Part shown: in pieces, positions 8,961-17,968 of the stretch | How the letters are laid out: every line of letters begins with the position of its first letter | How positions within the stretch are numbered: position 1 is the first letter of the stretch | Assembly: GCA_963810935.1 (NCBI GenBank) | Contig: CAWEPK010000017.1 | Location: forward strand, 170,484-234,483 | DNA: 64,000 nucleotides | Source: an uncultured delta proteobacterium | GTDB lineage: Bacteria > Desulfobacterota > Syntrophorhabdia > Syntrophorhabdales > WCHB1-27 | Direction: 5' to 3' | The notes under the pieces: model-generated | The model's database searches: none | Seen by the model: the letters and a program-made list of their open reading frames with translations, nothing else | What the model was told of the DNA's origin: nothing | Position numbers and translations under genes: made by a program

Positions 8961-11153
8961 CTATTTACCCGGTGCCGGGCGTGTAAGCAGGCTCTTGGCC
9001 GGCTCGCTGCCGGCTGCTGCGGCCTGTCTCAGGTCATTAAGCATGCGGACCCCGTCGCCAAGGCATTTATAAGCCATCGCCCGGTTATAATAGGCGTCTG
9101 CGTATTGCGGGTCGATCTCGACGGCGCGATCGAAATCGGACACGGCCCGGGCGCAGTCGCCTGCCCCGCCGTAGGCCGCGCCCCTGCTGCCGTAAACATG
9201 GGCGTCCCCCGGATCGATCTCCAGGGCACGGCCATAATCGCCGATGGCCCCCTTATAATCACCCGCAAGGGCACGGACGAGTCCTCTATTATAGTAGGCC
9301 TTCGCGAATTGAGGGTTAAGCGAGACGGCGGCGGCGAGGTCTTCCATCGCCCCTTTGTAATCGCCCATCGCGCCACGGATAATGCCGCGATTGTTGTATG
9401 CGTCCTCGTATTGCGGGTTAATCCTGATAGCCTCGGTGAAATCGGCCATCGCCCGCGGGTAGTCGCCGAGGGCGTTATAGACCACCCCCCTGTTATACAA
9501 TGGGTCGGCGTATGCCGGGCTTATCTGTGCCGCCTTGTCGAAATCCTTCAGGGCGCGTTGGTAATCACCGCGTTTGCTGTATGCGCTGCCCCGATTGTTG
9601 AGGATCAGGCCGCTGGGGGCGGTGACGGCAAGGGCATGGTTATATACTGTTATATCATCCTTCCAGTACCCGACCTGCACCCACGTCGCGGCGAAGAAGC
9701 ACACCAGGACCCCCGCGGACGCCGCGGTCAGGGCCTGTTTCCGCCATCGCCACGTTTTGAGAGCGTCCGGCGCACCCCATGCGACGATAATGAACAGTCC
9801 GACCAGGGGTATATATGTGAACCTGTCCGCCCTCGCCTGCAAGCCTGCCTGCACTATACCGATCACAGGCACAAGCGTCCCGCAGTACCAGAACCATCCC
9901 GAAGGCAGGTAAGGCCATTTACGGCCTGCCCACATTACCGCAGCCGTTATAGCGACAAAGAGCAGCACGGCCGGGACAACGTAGTAAGCAGGCCATGACC
10001 CTGGGTGAGGGTAGAGGATGGCAAGACCGCTCGGCCAGAACATTTTGCCTATATAGACCGCATAGGAGATAAAACTATTGGCAAGGCGTGCGGAGAGCGA
10101 CAATACGTCGAGCGATTCGACCGCCCCTCCCTTCTGCTGGGCGACGTAAGTAATAATAGATGAAACCAGGGCTATCGCGAAAAGAGGGACTTTTTCACGG
10201 AGCAAGGGGATTACACGCGCCGGTCGAAAAGAATAACCGGCCCATGCTTCATGAGGCGGCTCGGTCTGCGGTGCAGCCCGACCGGCAGGTTTCCCTTTTT
10301 CCTTCCTATCCTTAGCGCTTTTGGGCTGCCGCTGCGGCATATCGACGGCCGGCCCTTCAGGGCGGAAGCGGCCCAACGGCCAGTAGTCGAGCAGGAGCAG
10401 GGCGAAGGGCAAGGTTACGAGCATCGGTTTCGACATAAGGCCCAGCGTAAAACAGGCGAGAAGGGCGAGGTACCTCGCGAGCCGGGGGCCTTCGACGTAG
10501 CGGGCGTAAGCCCAGATCGTGAGGAACCAGAAAAAAGTGGAGAGCACGTCTTTGCGCTCCGCCACCCAGGCGACGGACTCCACGTGGAGAGGGTGGAGGC
10601 CGAACAGGGCCGCCACGAACGCGCTTTGCCAGAACCCCTTCGTCATCCGCAACAGGACAAGAAAGAGCAGCACGGTATTGGCTATGTGGAGCAGTAGATT
10701 TGTGAGGTGATGCCATCCCGGGTTGAGGCCGAAGAGCTGGACGTCGAGCATGTGGGATATCCACGTAAGTGGATTCCAGTACATCCACGTCAGGGAGCGC
10801 CAATCCGCCCCGTAGCCGATCCTGAAAGCCCATCGCAGGCCCTCCGACGTAAGGCCGTTCCGGATATGGCTATTCCCGGTGACGTAGGACGGATCGTCCA
10901 GGTTGATAAAATCGCAAAAAAAGACCTGCCAGAGCGCGCACGCCACGACAACAGCCAGAAGAAGGCAGACCAGTATCGTCCGTTTCTTTCCCGGCGCGCC
11001 CGGCTCCACGGTCAACTTTTTCGCTCCCCGGCGTGTTTTCGCGCTCACGAAGCCCTGCTTATCGCCGCCCCCCGGGGCGGCTAATCGAAAGTCCGCAATC
11101 TTACAAACGGGGCTCGACGTTGTCAAGCGGTTCTTGAATAATAAGGTTTTCAT
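8961..11153 (-). CDS. TMTC-like membrane GT-C glycosyltransferase with C-terminal TPR array (true start possibly TTG at 11015)
   Basis: DD motif in the first loop (LDDPSYV), WNPLTW.SH, HPLHVESVAWVAERKDVL, SKPM and ADRFTY motifs, followed by about 6 TPR repeats (YNNRG...AI.DF..A). Confidence 0.8.
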   Translation of the reverse strand: MKTLLFKNRLTTSSPVCKIADFRLAAPGGGDKQGFVSAKTRRGAKKLTVEPGAPGKKRTILVCLLLAVVVACALWQVFFCDFINLDDPSYVTGNSHIRNGLTSEGLRWAFRIGYGADWRSLTWMYWNPLTWISHMLDVQLFGLNPGWHHLTNLLLHIANTVLLFLVLLRMTKGFWQSAFVAALFGLHPLHVESVAWVAERKDVLSTFFWFLTIWAYARYVEGPRLARYLALLACFTLGLMSKPMLVTLPFALLLLDYWPLGRFRPEGPAVDMPQRQPKSAKDRKEKGKPAGRAAPQTEPPHEAWAGYSFRPARVIPLLREKVPLFAIALVSSIITYVAQQKGGAVESLDVLSLSARLANSFISYAVYIGKMFWPSGLAILYPHPGSWPAYYVVPAVLLFVAITAAVMWAGRKWPYLPSGWFWYCGTLVPVIGIVQAGLQARADRFTYIPLVGLFIIVAWGAPDALKTWRWRKQALTAASAGVLVCFFAATWVQVGYWKDDITVYNHALAVTAPSGLILNNRGSAYSKRGDYQRALKDFDKAAQISPAYADPLYNRGVVYNALGDYPRAMADFTEAIRINPQYEDAYNNRGIIRGAMGDYKGAMEDLAAAVSLNPQFAKAYYNRGLVRALAGDYKGAIGDYGRALEIDPGDAHVYGSRGAAYGGAGDCARAVSDFDRAVEIDPQYADAYYNRAMAYKCLGDGVRMLNDLRQAAAAGSEPAKSLLTRPAPGK

Positions 11154-11182
11154 TTACTTGTCAAAGTGCTAATATAGGCCGC

Positions 11183-11893
11183 GTGGTGCTCTCCATTGTA
11201 ATACCCGTATATAATGAAGCCTCGACCATCGGCGATATTTGCGAGAAGATACGCAGCGTTCAACTGTCCGCCTCGATAGGAAAGGAGGTCATCATAGTCG
11301 ATGACGGCTCTACCGACGGGACCGAAGAGGCGGTCATCCGGTACACGGAGAGGCACAGCGATTTCCGCGCCGCGTATTTGAGGCATAGCGTAAACAAAGG
11401 CAAGGGCGCGGCGATCCGGACAGGCATAAATAGCGCTTCAGGGGACTTCCTGCTGATACAGGACGCGGACCTGGAATACGACCCCCGGGAGTACGACCTC
11501 CTGCTGAAACCTGCCCTCGAAGGTTTCGCCGATGTCGTTTACGGTTCGCGTTTCGTGGGCGGGAACCCTCATCGTGTCCTTTTCTTTTCGCATACGATAG
11601 GCAACCGGCTCCTCACTTTCTTCTCAAACCTCTTCACGGGGTTGAACCTCACGGACATGGAGACTTGTTATAAGCTTTTCCGGACGGACATAATAAAATC
11701 GATCCCCTTAAAGGAAAATCGTTTCGGCTTCGAGCCCGAAGTGACTGCAAAGATTGCAAGAATCCCGAATATACGTATCTACGAAGTCGGCATTTCTTAT
11801 CACGGGAGGACGTACCGGGAGGGTAAAAAGATCAACTGGAAAGACGGCTTCAAGGCAATTTATTGCATCGTGAAATATAATCTTTTCAGATGA
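11183..11893 (+). CDS. Glycosyltransferase family 2, polyprenol-phosphate glycosyltransferase (DPM1-like)
   Basis: SIVIPVYNE, VDDGSTDGT, NKGKGAA, QDADLEYDP, GSRF, DMETCYK and FGFEPE motifs. Confidence 0.88.
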   Translation: MVLSIVIPVYNEASTIGDICEKIRSVQLSASIGKEVIIVDDGSTDGTEEAVIRYTERHSDFRAAYLRHSVNKGKGAAIRTGINSASGDFLLIQDADLEYDPREYDLLLKPALEGFADVVYGSRFVGGNPHRVLFFSHTIGNRLLTFFSNLFTGLNLTDMETCYKLFRTDIIKSIPLKENRFGFEPEVTAKIARIPNIRIYEVGISYHGRTYREGKKINWKDGFKAIYCIVKYNLFR

Positions 11894-12348
11894 TCCGGAT
11901 TATCCGGACCCACCCCGGAAGCAGCGGAGTCATCCGCCCGGCAGCGGTTTTCCCGCGACGACGCACCGGTTGATATACAAGTTGACTTTCCATGTGTTGG
12001 GCTGCGCGGCAAGCCCGGTCGGGATATGACGTGGTATATTGTTGTTACCACAATATTACCTCATCTATTGTCGAATTTTGTTGACAGAATCAGCCCAATT
12101 GTTAAAAATAGAGTGTAAATAAACCAAAGATGCGTTTGCTTTGAGGGCCGCTGGGAGCTTGGGCCCCGCGCCTGCTCTCAGGAATTGTTGGGTTACGGGG
12201 GCGAAAAAGGAGGTGGGCTGTCGGCAGGATTGACCGGACAGAAGCATAGTTTCAAGGTTTCGCGCGAATAACGGCGAAGCCCGTCTCAAGCCCACGAACG
12301 ACACGTGGCAAATGCGGTACAAGCGAAAAAGGAGGAGGAGGAGAAAAA

Positions 12349-14172
12349 ATGTACCACCAGAACTACAACCCTCTGGGTAATGTACTGCTCTCTACTATTG
12401 CGGCGGCAATTCCGATTCTGGTCCTTCTTTACTTCATAGCGCTCCATCCCCACAGGGATAAGACAGGCGTGAAGCACCTGGGCATAAGCGCCCCATATGC
12501 GGCCTTCTACGGCGTGATAGCGGCATTCGTTGTATCCTGCGTGGTCTTTGCCATGCCCTTCAAGTCTGCTATCTCGGCGTTCGCCTATGGGTCTCTCTCG
12601 GGCTTCCTGGGGATCATATGGATCGTTCTGGCAGCCATGTTCCTTTACACGATGACGGTCATAACGGGCAAGTTTGAGATCGTCAAGGAATCGATCATCC
12701 ATATCTCGTTCGACCGGCGCTTGCAGGTGCTGCTCATCGCGTTCTCCTTCGGCGCCATCATCGAGGGCACGTCAGGCTTCGGCACGCCCGTCGCCATCGC
12801 CGGCGCGGTCATGGTGGGCCTCGGGTTCGCGCCCTTCGAGGCGTGCGTGCTCAACCTGATTGCCAACACGGCGCCGGTCGCCTTCGGCGCTATCGGCACA
12901 CCCATCGTCACGCTCGCGCAGGTCAGCGGCCTCGACCAGTTGACCCTGTCGTCGATGGCCGGGCGGCAGCTTCCCTTCGTCTCTGTTATCGTGCCCTTCT
13001 GGCTCGTGGCTACCTTTGTATTCATGCACAAGGGCAAATGGAAAGATGTCTGGGAGGTCTGGCCTGCCACGCTCTGCTCCGGCCTTTCCTTCGCCCTCAT
13101 GCAGTTTGCGGCGTCGCAGACGAACGCATTCCACCTGATGACGGACGTCGTCGCGGGCGTCTTCTCGGTTGTCTGCACCGCCCTCTTCCTGCGCTTCGTC
13201 TGGCGTCCGAAGACGCGCTTCCTCCTTGCCGGGGAAAAAGACGTTGAAGTCCCCGCGGCCGCTGCTCCGGGCGCGAAAAAGACCCCGGTGAAGGCGCCGG
13301 TCGGCGAGTGGAAGTATCCTTACACCATCGGCCAGACGGCATATGCCTGGGTACCTTGGGGCATCCTCATCTGCTGCTGCGCCGTCTGGGGTATGCCGGC
13401 CTGGAAGGCGTACCTCGATCAGCTTCTAAACGGCATAAAGATCCAGACGACTTTCCTCGGCTCGACCTTCGCCGGGACGCTCTCTCTGCCTAAATGGAGC
13501 ATGCCCGCGCTCCATCAGATGGTCCAGAGGATGCCGCCGGTAGCTCCTATCAACGCGAAGCCGGAAGGCGCCATATTCGCGATCAACTGGCTGTCCGCCG
13601 CAGGCACGGGCGTTTTCGTGGCGGCGCTTTTGACGGGTATCACCCTCGGTCTTGGCGGCAAACAGTGGGGCGAGGCCATAGCCCGGACCTTCAGGCGTAT
13701 GAAGATCCCCGTACTGGTTATCGGGCAGGTGCTCGGCCTCGGATACCTTACCCGTTACGCCGGGACAGACGCTGTACTCGGCCTTGCCTTTACGGGGGCC
13801 GGCGTCCTTTACCCGTTCTTCTCGCCCTTTCTCGGCTGGCTGGGCGTCTTTTTGACCGGCTCGGACACGGCGGCGAACGCCCTGTTCGGCAGCCTCCAGA
13901 GGATTACGGCGCAGCAGTTGCACCTGAACGAGGTACTGATCGTGGCGTCGAACTCGACGGGCGGCGTCATGGGCAAGATGATCGACGCCCAGTCCATTAT
14001 GGTCGCCTGCGCGGCCTGCTACGAAGACCCGTACGAGCGCAGCCATGCGCTCGGGCCTATCTTCAGGAAGGTCTTCTGGCACTCCATTGCGCTGGCTGCC
14101 ATCATGGGCATTATAGTGATATTGCAGGCATACGTCTTCCCGTGGATGATACCCAGTCTGCCTCCGAAGTGA
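12349..14172 (+). CDS. lctP: L-lactate/glycolate permease (LctP/GlcA family)
   Basis: DRRLQVLLIAFSFGAIIEG..GFGTP, ANTAPVAFGAIG, FLTGSDT..NALFG and GGVMGKMIDAQS motifs; strong RBS. Confidence 0.92.
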   Translation: MYHQNYNPLGNVLLSTIAAAIPILVLLYFIALHPHRDKTGVKHLGISAPYAAFYGVIAAFVVSCVVFAMPFKSAISAFAYGSLSGFLGIIWIVLAAMFLYTMTVITGKFEIVKESIIHISFDRRLQVLLIAFSFGAIIEGTSGFGTPVAIAGAVMVGLGFAPFEACVLNLIANTAPVAFGAIGTPIVTLAQVSGLDQLTLSSMAGRQLPFVSVIVPFWLVATFVFMHKGKWKDVWEVWPATLCSGLSFALMQFAASQTNAFHLMTDVVAGVFSVVCTALFLRFVWRPKTRFLLAGEKDVEVPAAAAPGAKKTPVKAPVGEWKYPYTIGQTAYAWVPWGILICCCAVWGMPAWKAYLDQLLNGIKIQTTFLGSTFAGTLSLPKWSMPALHQMVQRMPPVAPINAKPEGAIFAINWLSAAGTGVFVAALLTGITLGLGGKQWGEAIARTFRRMKIPVLVIGQVLGLGYLTRYAGTDAVLGLAFTGAGVLYPFFSPFLGWLGVFLTGSDTAANALFGSLQRITAQQLHLNEVLIVASNSTGGVMGKMIDAQSIMVACAACYEDPYERSHALGPIFRKVFWHSIALAAIMGIIVILQAYVFPWMIPSLPPK

Positions 14173-14265
14173 GTCTGACTGTATAGCAAGCAATGAAGGG
14201 GAGGAAGGGCTTGCAGCAATGCCCGACTTCCCCTTCTTAATTCTTACCTGAAGGAGGCTTGAGGC

Positions 14266-15666
14266 ATGAACGGAAAGATGGAGCAGCTCATCGGCCAATA
14301 CCGCGCATTTTTGAAAGACGAGCAGATCGTGACGGACAAGGAAGGTATGGCCCACTATTGTTATGACGCCACGGAGATGCGGTTCATGCCGGATGTGGTC
14401 GTCCTGCCCTTCTCGACTGAAGAGGTCTCCCGGATTATGAAGCCGGCCTACGAGGCCGACATACCACTCACTCCGCAGGGAGGGCGAACGGGCCTGTCAG
14501 GAGGCGCGCTCCCTGTTGCCGGGGGCGTTCTCCTCTCCCTGATGCGGATGAACAAGGTGCTCGAGATCGACGAGAAAAACATGCAGGTGGTCGTCGAACC
14601 GGGCGTCGTGGCGGCAGACCTGCAGGCAACGTTGACAAAGCATAACCTCTTCTTCCCGCCCGACCCTTCGAGCACCATCGAGAGCACCCTGGGCGGCAAC
14701 GTGGCTGAAAACGCCGGCTATACCCGCGCCGTGAAATACGGCGTGACCAGGGACTATATCCTGGGCCTGGAGGCGGTCCTGCCCAACGGCGACATCATAA
14801 ACGTGGGCGGCAGGACGGTGAAGAACGTCACGGGGTACGACCTCGTCTCCCTTATCGTAGGGTCCGAAGGCACGCTGGCGGTAGTGACGAAGATCATCGC
14901 GAAGCTGCTGCCGAAACCGGCGCTGCGCCGAACCTGCATCTTCTACCTGGACGACCTCGTCGCGGCGGCAGACCTCGTCGTCGGCATCTTCGGAAGCGGC
15001 ATCGTGCCGTGCGCAATCGAGTTCATGGATAATACGAGCATCAACTGCGTGGCCGACTACCTCTCCGCCTCGGCGGACCTCCGCAGAGACGCCGCCGTCA
15101 TGGTGCTCGTGGAAGTTGACGGAAACCACCAGGCAGCGGTAGACGGGGACGTGAACAATGTGTTCGAGCTGGCCCGGAAGTCCAAAGGCGTCATCGAGTC
15201 GAAGCTCGCCAAAGACGACGAGGAGGCGGACCGCCTGTGGCGCATCAGGCGGGAGACGCTGCCCGCGCTCAAGGCACTCGGCAAGGACCACCTGGAGGCC
15301 GACGTCGTTGTACCCCGGTACAGGCTGCCCTACCTGGCGGGCTCGATAAAAGAGAGCGGGGAAGGAAAGAAGGTCAACATAGCGACTTACGGCCACGCGG
15401 GCGACGGCAACCTGCACGTCACCATCCAGTACAGGAGGCGCAACTTCGCGGAAACGTCAGAGGCCCACGAGCTGCTCGGCGAGATATACAAGAAGGCCGT
15501 CGAGATGCAGGGCAAGCTATCGGGCGAGCACGGGATCGGCCTTACTGCCAAAGATTATATGTTCATGCAGATGGGGCCCATCGAGATAGCGCTGATGAAG
15601 CGGGTCAAGCAGGCATTCGATCCGAAGGGGCTACTAAACCCAGGCAAAATCTTCCCCTCCGAATAG
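14266..15666 (+). CDS. FAD-linked 2-hydroxy-acid oxidoreductase (GlcD/D-lactate dehydrogenase family)
   Basis: GGRTGLSGG, FPPDPSS, GGNVAENAG, GSEGTL, GHAGDGNLH, SGEHGIG and LNPGK motifs. Confidence 0.9.
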   Translation: MNGKMEQLIGQYRAFLKDEQIVTDKEGMAHYCYDATEMRFMPDVVVLPFSTEEVSRIMKPAYEADIPLTPQGGRTGLSGGALPVAGGVLLSLMRMNKVLEIDEKNMQVVVEPGVVAADLQATLTKHNLFFPPDPSSTIESTLGGNVAENAGYTRAVKYGVTRDYILGLEAVLPNGDIINVGGRTVKNVTGYDLVSLIVGSEGTLAVVTKIIAKLLPKPALRRTCIFYLDDLVAAADLVVGIFGSGIVPCAIEFMDNTSINCVADYLSASADLRRDAAVMVLVEVDGNHQAAVDGDVNNVFELARKSKGVIESKLAKDDEEADRLWRIRRETLPALKALGKDHLEADVVVPRYRLPYLAGSIKESGEGKKVNIATYGHAGDGNLHVTIQYRRRNFAETSEAHELLGEIYKKAVEMQGKLSGEHGIGLTAKDYMFMQMGPIEIALMKRVKQAFDPKGLLNPGKIFPSE

Positions 15667-15917
15667 GAGGGTGGTTGGGGCCGTCGAAAATCTCCCGGCC
15701 CCTTTCCATACGCGTTTAATGTTTCTTGGGACAGAAGGCTACGTTCACATCCCTGAAAGCGTAGTTAGTTATAAGAAAAATGTCCACATAATCCGGCCAG
15801 CCAGTTATTATTGGCGTACTTCTTCAGGCTGGCCTTGCTCAGCAGGCGTTCGCCGATTATAATTAGGCAACAGGCGAAATCGAATCGTCCGCCATTACCG
15901 GTTCACAGGAGGACTCC

Positions 15918-16457
15918 ATGAAATATGCTGCACTGCTGTTTACTGTTTGTTCTCTTTTGATTCTTGGACCGGCACAATCATTCGGCCAGGCTGCAGGCGG
16001 CCAGCAGGCAACAAAGGCCGTTGCGGTCCTCAACCCCGTTTCCGGTAGCTCGGTTACCGGCGTTGTAACATTCACCCGGGTCGATAACGGCATCAAGGTG
16101 GTTGCCGACGTGCAAGGCTTAACTCCCGGCAAGCACGGTTTCCACGTACACCAGTACGGGGATTGCACAGCGACGAACGGGGATTCCGCAGGCGGCCACT
16201 TCAACCCGGAAGGCAAACCGCACGGGGCGCCCATCAGCGGTGAGCGCCACGCGGGCGATTTTGGCAACATTACGGCAGGCGCCGACGGTAAGGCCCACTA
16301 CGAGTGGACGGACCCGATGATCGCCTTCGAAGGACGCGATTCCATCATGGGCCGGGGACTTATCGTCCACGCGAACGCCGACGATCTTACGTCGCAGCCG
16401 GCCGGTAATTCAGGCCCCAAGGTGGCCTGCGGCGTGATCGGCATCGCCGCAAAGTAA
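15918..16457 (+). CDS. sodC: Periplasmic Cu/Zn superoxide dismutase
   Basis: Signal peptide; HGFHVH, GGHFNP, RHAGD, IVHA..DD and ACGVIG motifs. Confidence 0.9.
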   Translation: MKYAALLFTVCSLLILGPAQSFGQAAGGQQATKAVAVLNPVSGSSVTGVVTFTRVDNGIKVVADVQGLTPGKHGFHVHQYGDCTATNGDSAGGHFNPEGKPHGAPISGERHAGDFGNITAGADGKAHYEWTDPMIAFEGRDSIMGRGLIVHANADDLTSQPAGNSGPKVACGVIGIAAK

Positions 16458-16473
16458 GCGCCCTTGGATCAGC

Positions 16474-16513
16474 AATAGAAAAGGGGAGCCGGTTTCGGCT
16501 CCCCTTTTCTATT
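16474..16513. terminator. Bidirectional intrinsic terminator
   Basis: Perfect 18-bp inverted repeat AATAGAAAAGGGGAGCCG-gttt-CGGCTCCCCTTTTCTATT between the convergent sodC and glcF. Confidence 0.85.
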
Positions 16514-16693
16514 ATTCGATCACTTAACCGGCAGGCTGGGTGTCATCCACGGGAAGACATGCGCCTGCAACAGCAATATCAATCCCACGACACCGGCCGG
16601 CACTATCGAGTGCCAGAAACGGCCGGGATGCCAGGCGCCACGGTCCGGACCACGCCGGAGACAATGCGCCAAATATCCCGGCCGCCCTTCGCC

Positions 16694-17956
16694 TTACTTG
16701 CTTGCTTCCTTTATCAGCTCACTGATGTGGATCACCTTTGTGGACAGGCCGGCCTTCTTTACGCCGTAGGTCAACTGTATCACGCAGCCCGGACATTCCG
16801 TCGTCAGTATGTCGGCCCCTGTTTTCTTGAGAAACTCCATCTTCTTTTCAAGGACCTTCATCGACTGCTCGTAGTGCATGATGTTGTAGCTGCCCGCCGC
16901 GCCGCAGCACCGGTCCGCTTCCTGCATCTCCACGAAGTTTATGCCGGGTATCTTCTTTATAAGCTCCCTGGGCTGCTTCGTAATATTCTGGTAGCGGCTC
17001 ATGTGGCACGGGTCGTGATACGTAACTTTCTTCCCGGCCAGGCTCTTACCGTTAAGCTCTCCGATCTGGGTCACCATGAACTCGCTGAAGGCCTTTACCT
17101 TTTTGGCGATGTCCTGCGCGCGCTTCTTCCAAACCGGGTCCTCTTCGAATAGCTCCGGGTACTCTTTCAGGAATGCAGAGCAGCTACCGCACTCCGTGAC
17201 TATCACGGGGGTATCCAGCTTCTCCAGCACCTCGATGTTCTTGCGCGCCATCTTACGCGCCGCCTCGACGTCGCCGTAGCCGAAGGCCGGAAGCCCGCAG
17301 CAGCAGTTGTCTGCGATCTTGACCTTTGCCCCCTGGCTGACCAGGACGCCGACCGTCGACTCGCTCACCTGCGGCAGCATATAATTGAAGCCGCAGCCGA
17401 CGAAGTAGCTGACTTCCGTCTTCACTTTTGTCGGCTCCAGGCGAAGGTTGCGGACCCTCTCACGGAAGAAAGGCGTCGGTATCTTCTCTATGAGACCTTC
17501 GGCCTTGTCCATGTCTTTGCCGAACCAGCTTAAGATGCCCATGGCCCTGGCGAGCTTTGAGAGGCCCGTGTTCTTGCCGATGGCGAGCAGGCGGACATAC
17601 TTGCCCATCTTCTGCGGGTTGGGCAGCAGGTCGTTGAAGAGCATCTTCATCACCTTCGGCTGCCCCACGCGCTTCATATACTCGGCCCTTCCTGCGACTA
17701 CGGCCTTGTCCGTGCGCACTGCGGGAAAGCAGTTGGCCACGCACGCCTTGCAGAGCAGGCACTCGAAGAGCGGGTCCTTGAAGTCCGCGCTGATCTCCAT
17801 CTTGCCTTCGGCCAGGCCGCGCACGTGGGCATTGTGCCCGCGCGCCACGTTCTTCTCGACGCCGGTGACCGCGAATATCGGGCAGTGCGCCTGACAGAAG
17901 CCGCAACGGTTGCATTTTGAGACTTCTTCGTATACTTGCTTATATTGTTCGTTCAT
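16694..17956 (-). CDS. glcF: Glycolate oxidase Fe-S subunit (GlcF-like; 2x[4Fe-4S] plus two CCG domains)
   Basis: CNRCGFCQAHCP, CLLCKACVANC, CCCG, YHDPCH and CCGAAG motifs; lies in an operon with glcD and glcE homologues. Confidence 0.85.
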   Translation of the reverse strand: MNEQYKQVYEEVSKCNRCGFCQAHCPIFAVTGVEKNVARGHNAHVRGLAEGKMEISADFKDPLFECLLCKACVANCFPAVRTDKAVVAGRAEYMKRVGQPKVMKMLFNDLLPNPQKMGKYVRLLAIGKNTGLSKLARAMGILSWFGKDMDKAEGLIEKIPTPFFRERVRNLRLEPTKVKTEVSYFVGCGFNYMLPQVSESTVGVLVSQGAKVKIADNCCCGLPAFGYGDVEAARKMARKNIEVLEKLDTPVIVTECGSCSAFLKEYPELFEEDPVWKKRAQDIAKKVKAFSEFMVTQIGELNGKSLAGKKVTYHDPCHMSRYQNITKQPRELIKKIPGINFVEMQEADRCCGAAGSYNIMHYEQSMKVLEKKMEFLKKTGADILTTECPGCVIQLTYGVKKAGLSTKVIHISELIKEASK

Positions 17957-17968
17957 TGTTATTCCCCT

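Noticed and set aside
9000..9620. Periodic repeats that might suggest a CRISPR or tandem DNA repeat
   Set aside because: They are degenerate 34-aa TPR coding repeats; the repeats at 63600-63900 are pentapeptide coding repeats. No identical spaced repeats were seen.
8943..9998. 351-aa plus-strand ORF and the many other long antisense or alternate-frame ORFs (e.g. 33954-35135, 59459-61039, 5627-6904)
   Set aside because: Shadow ORFs typical of high-GC DNA; they overlap well-supported genes and have no recognisable motifs.
15671..15862. 63-aa ORF between glcD and sodC
   Set aside because: No recognisable motif; the AT-rich stretch is better explained as the sodC promoter region.
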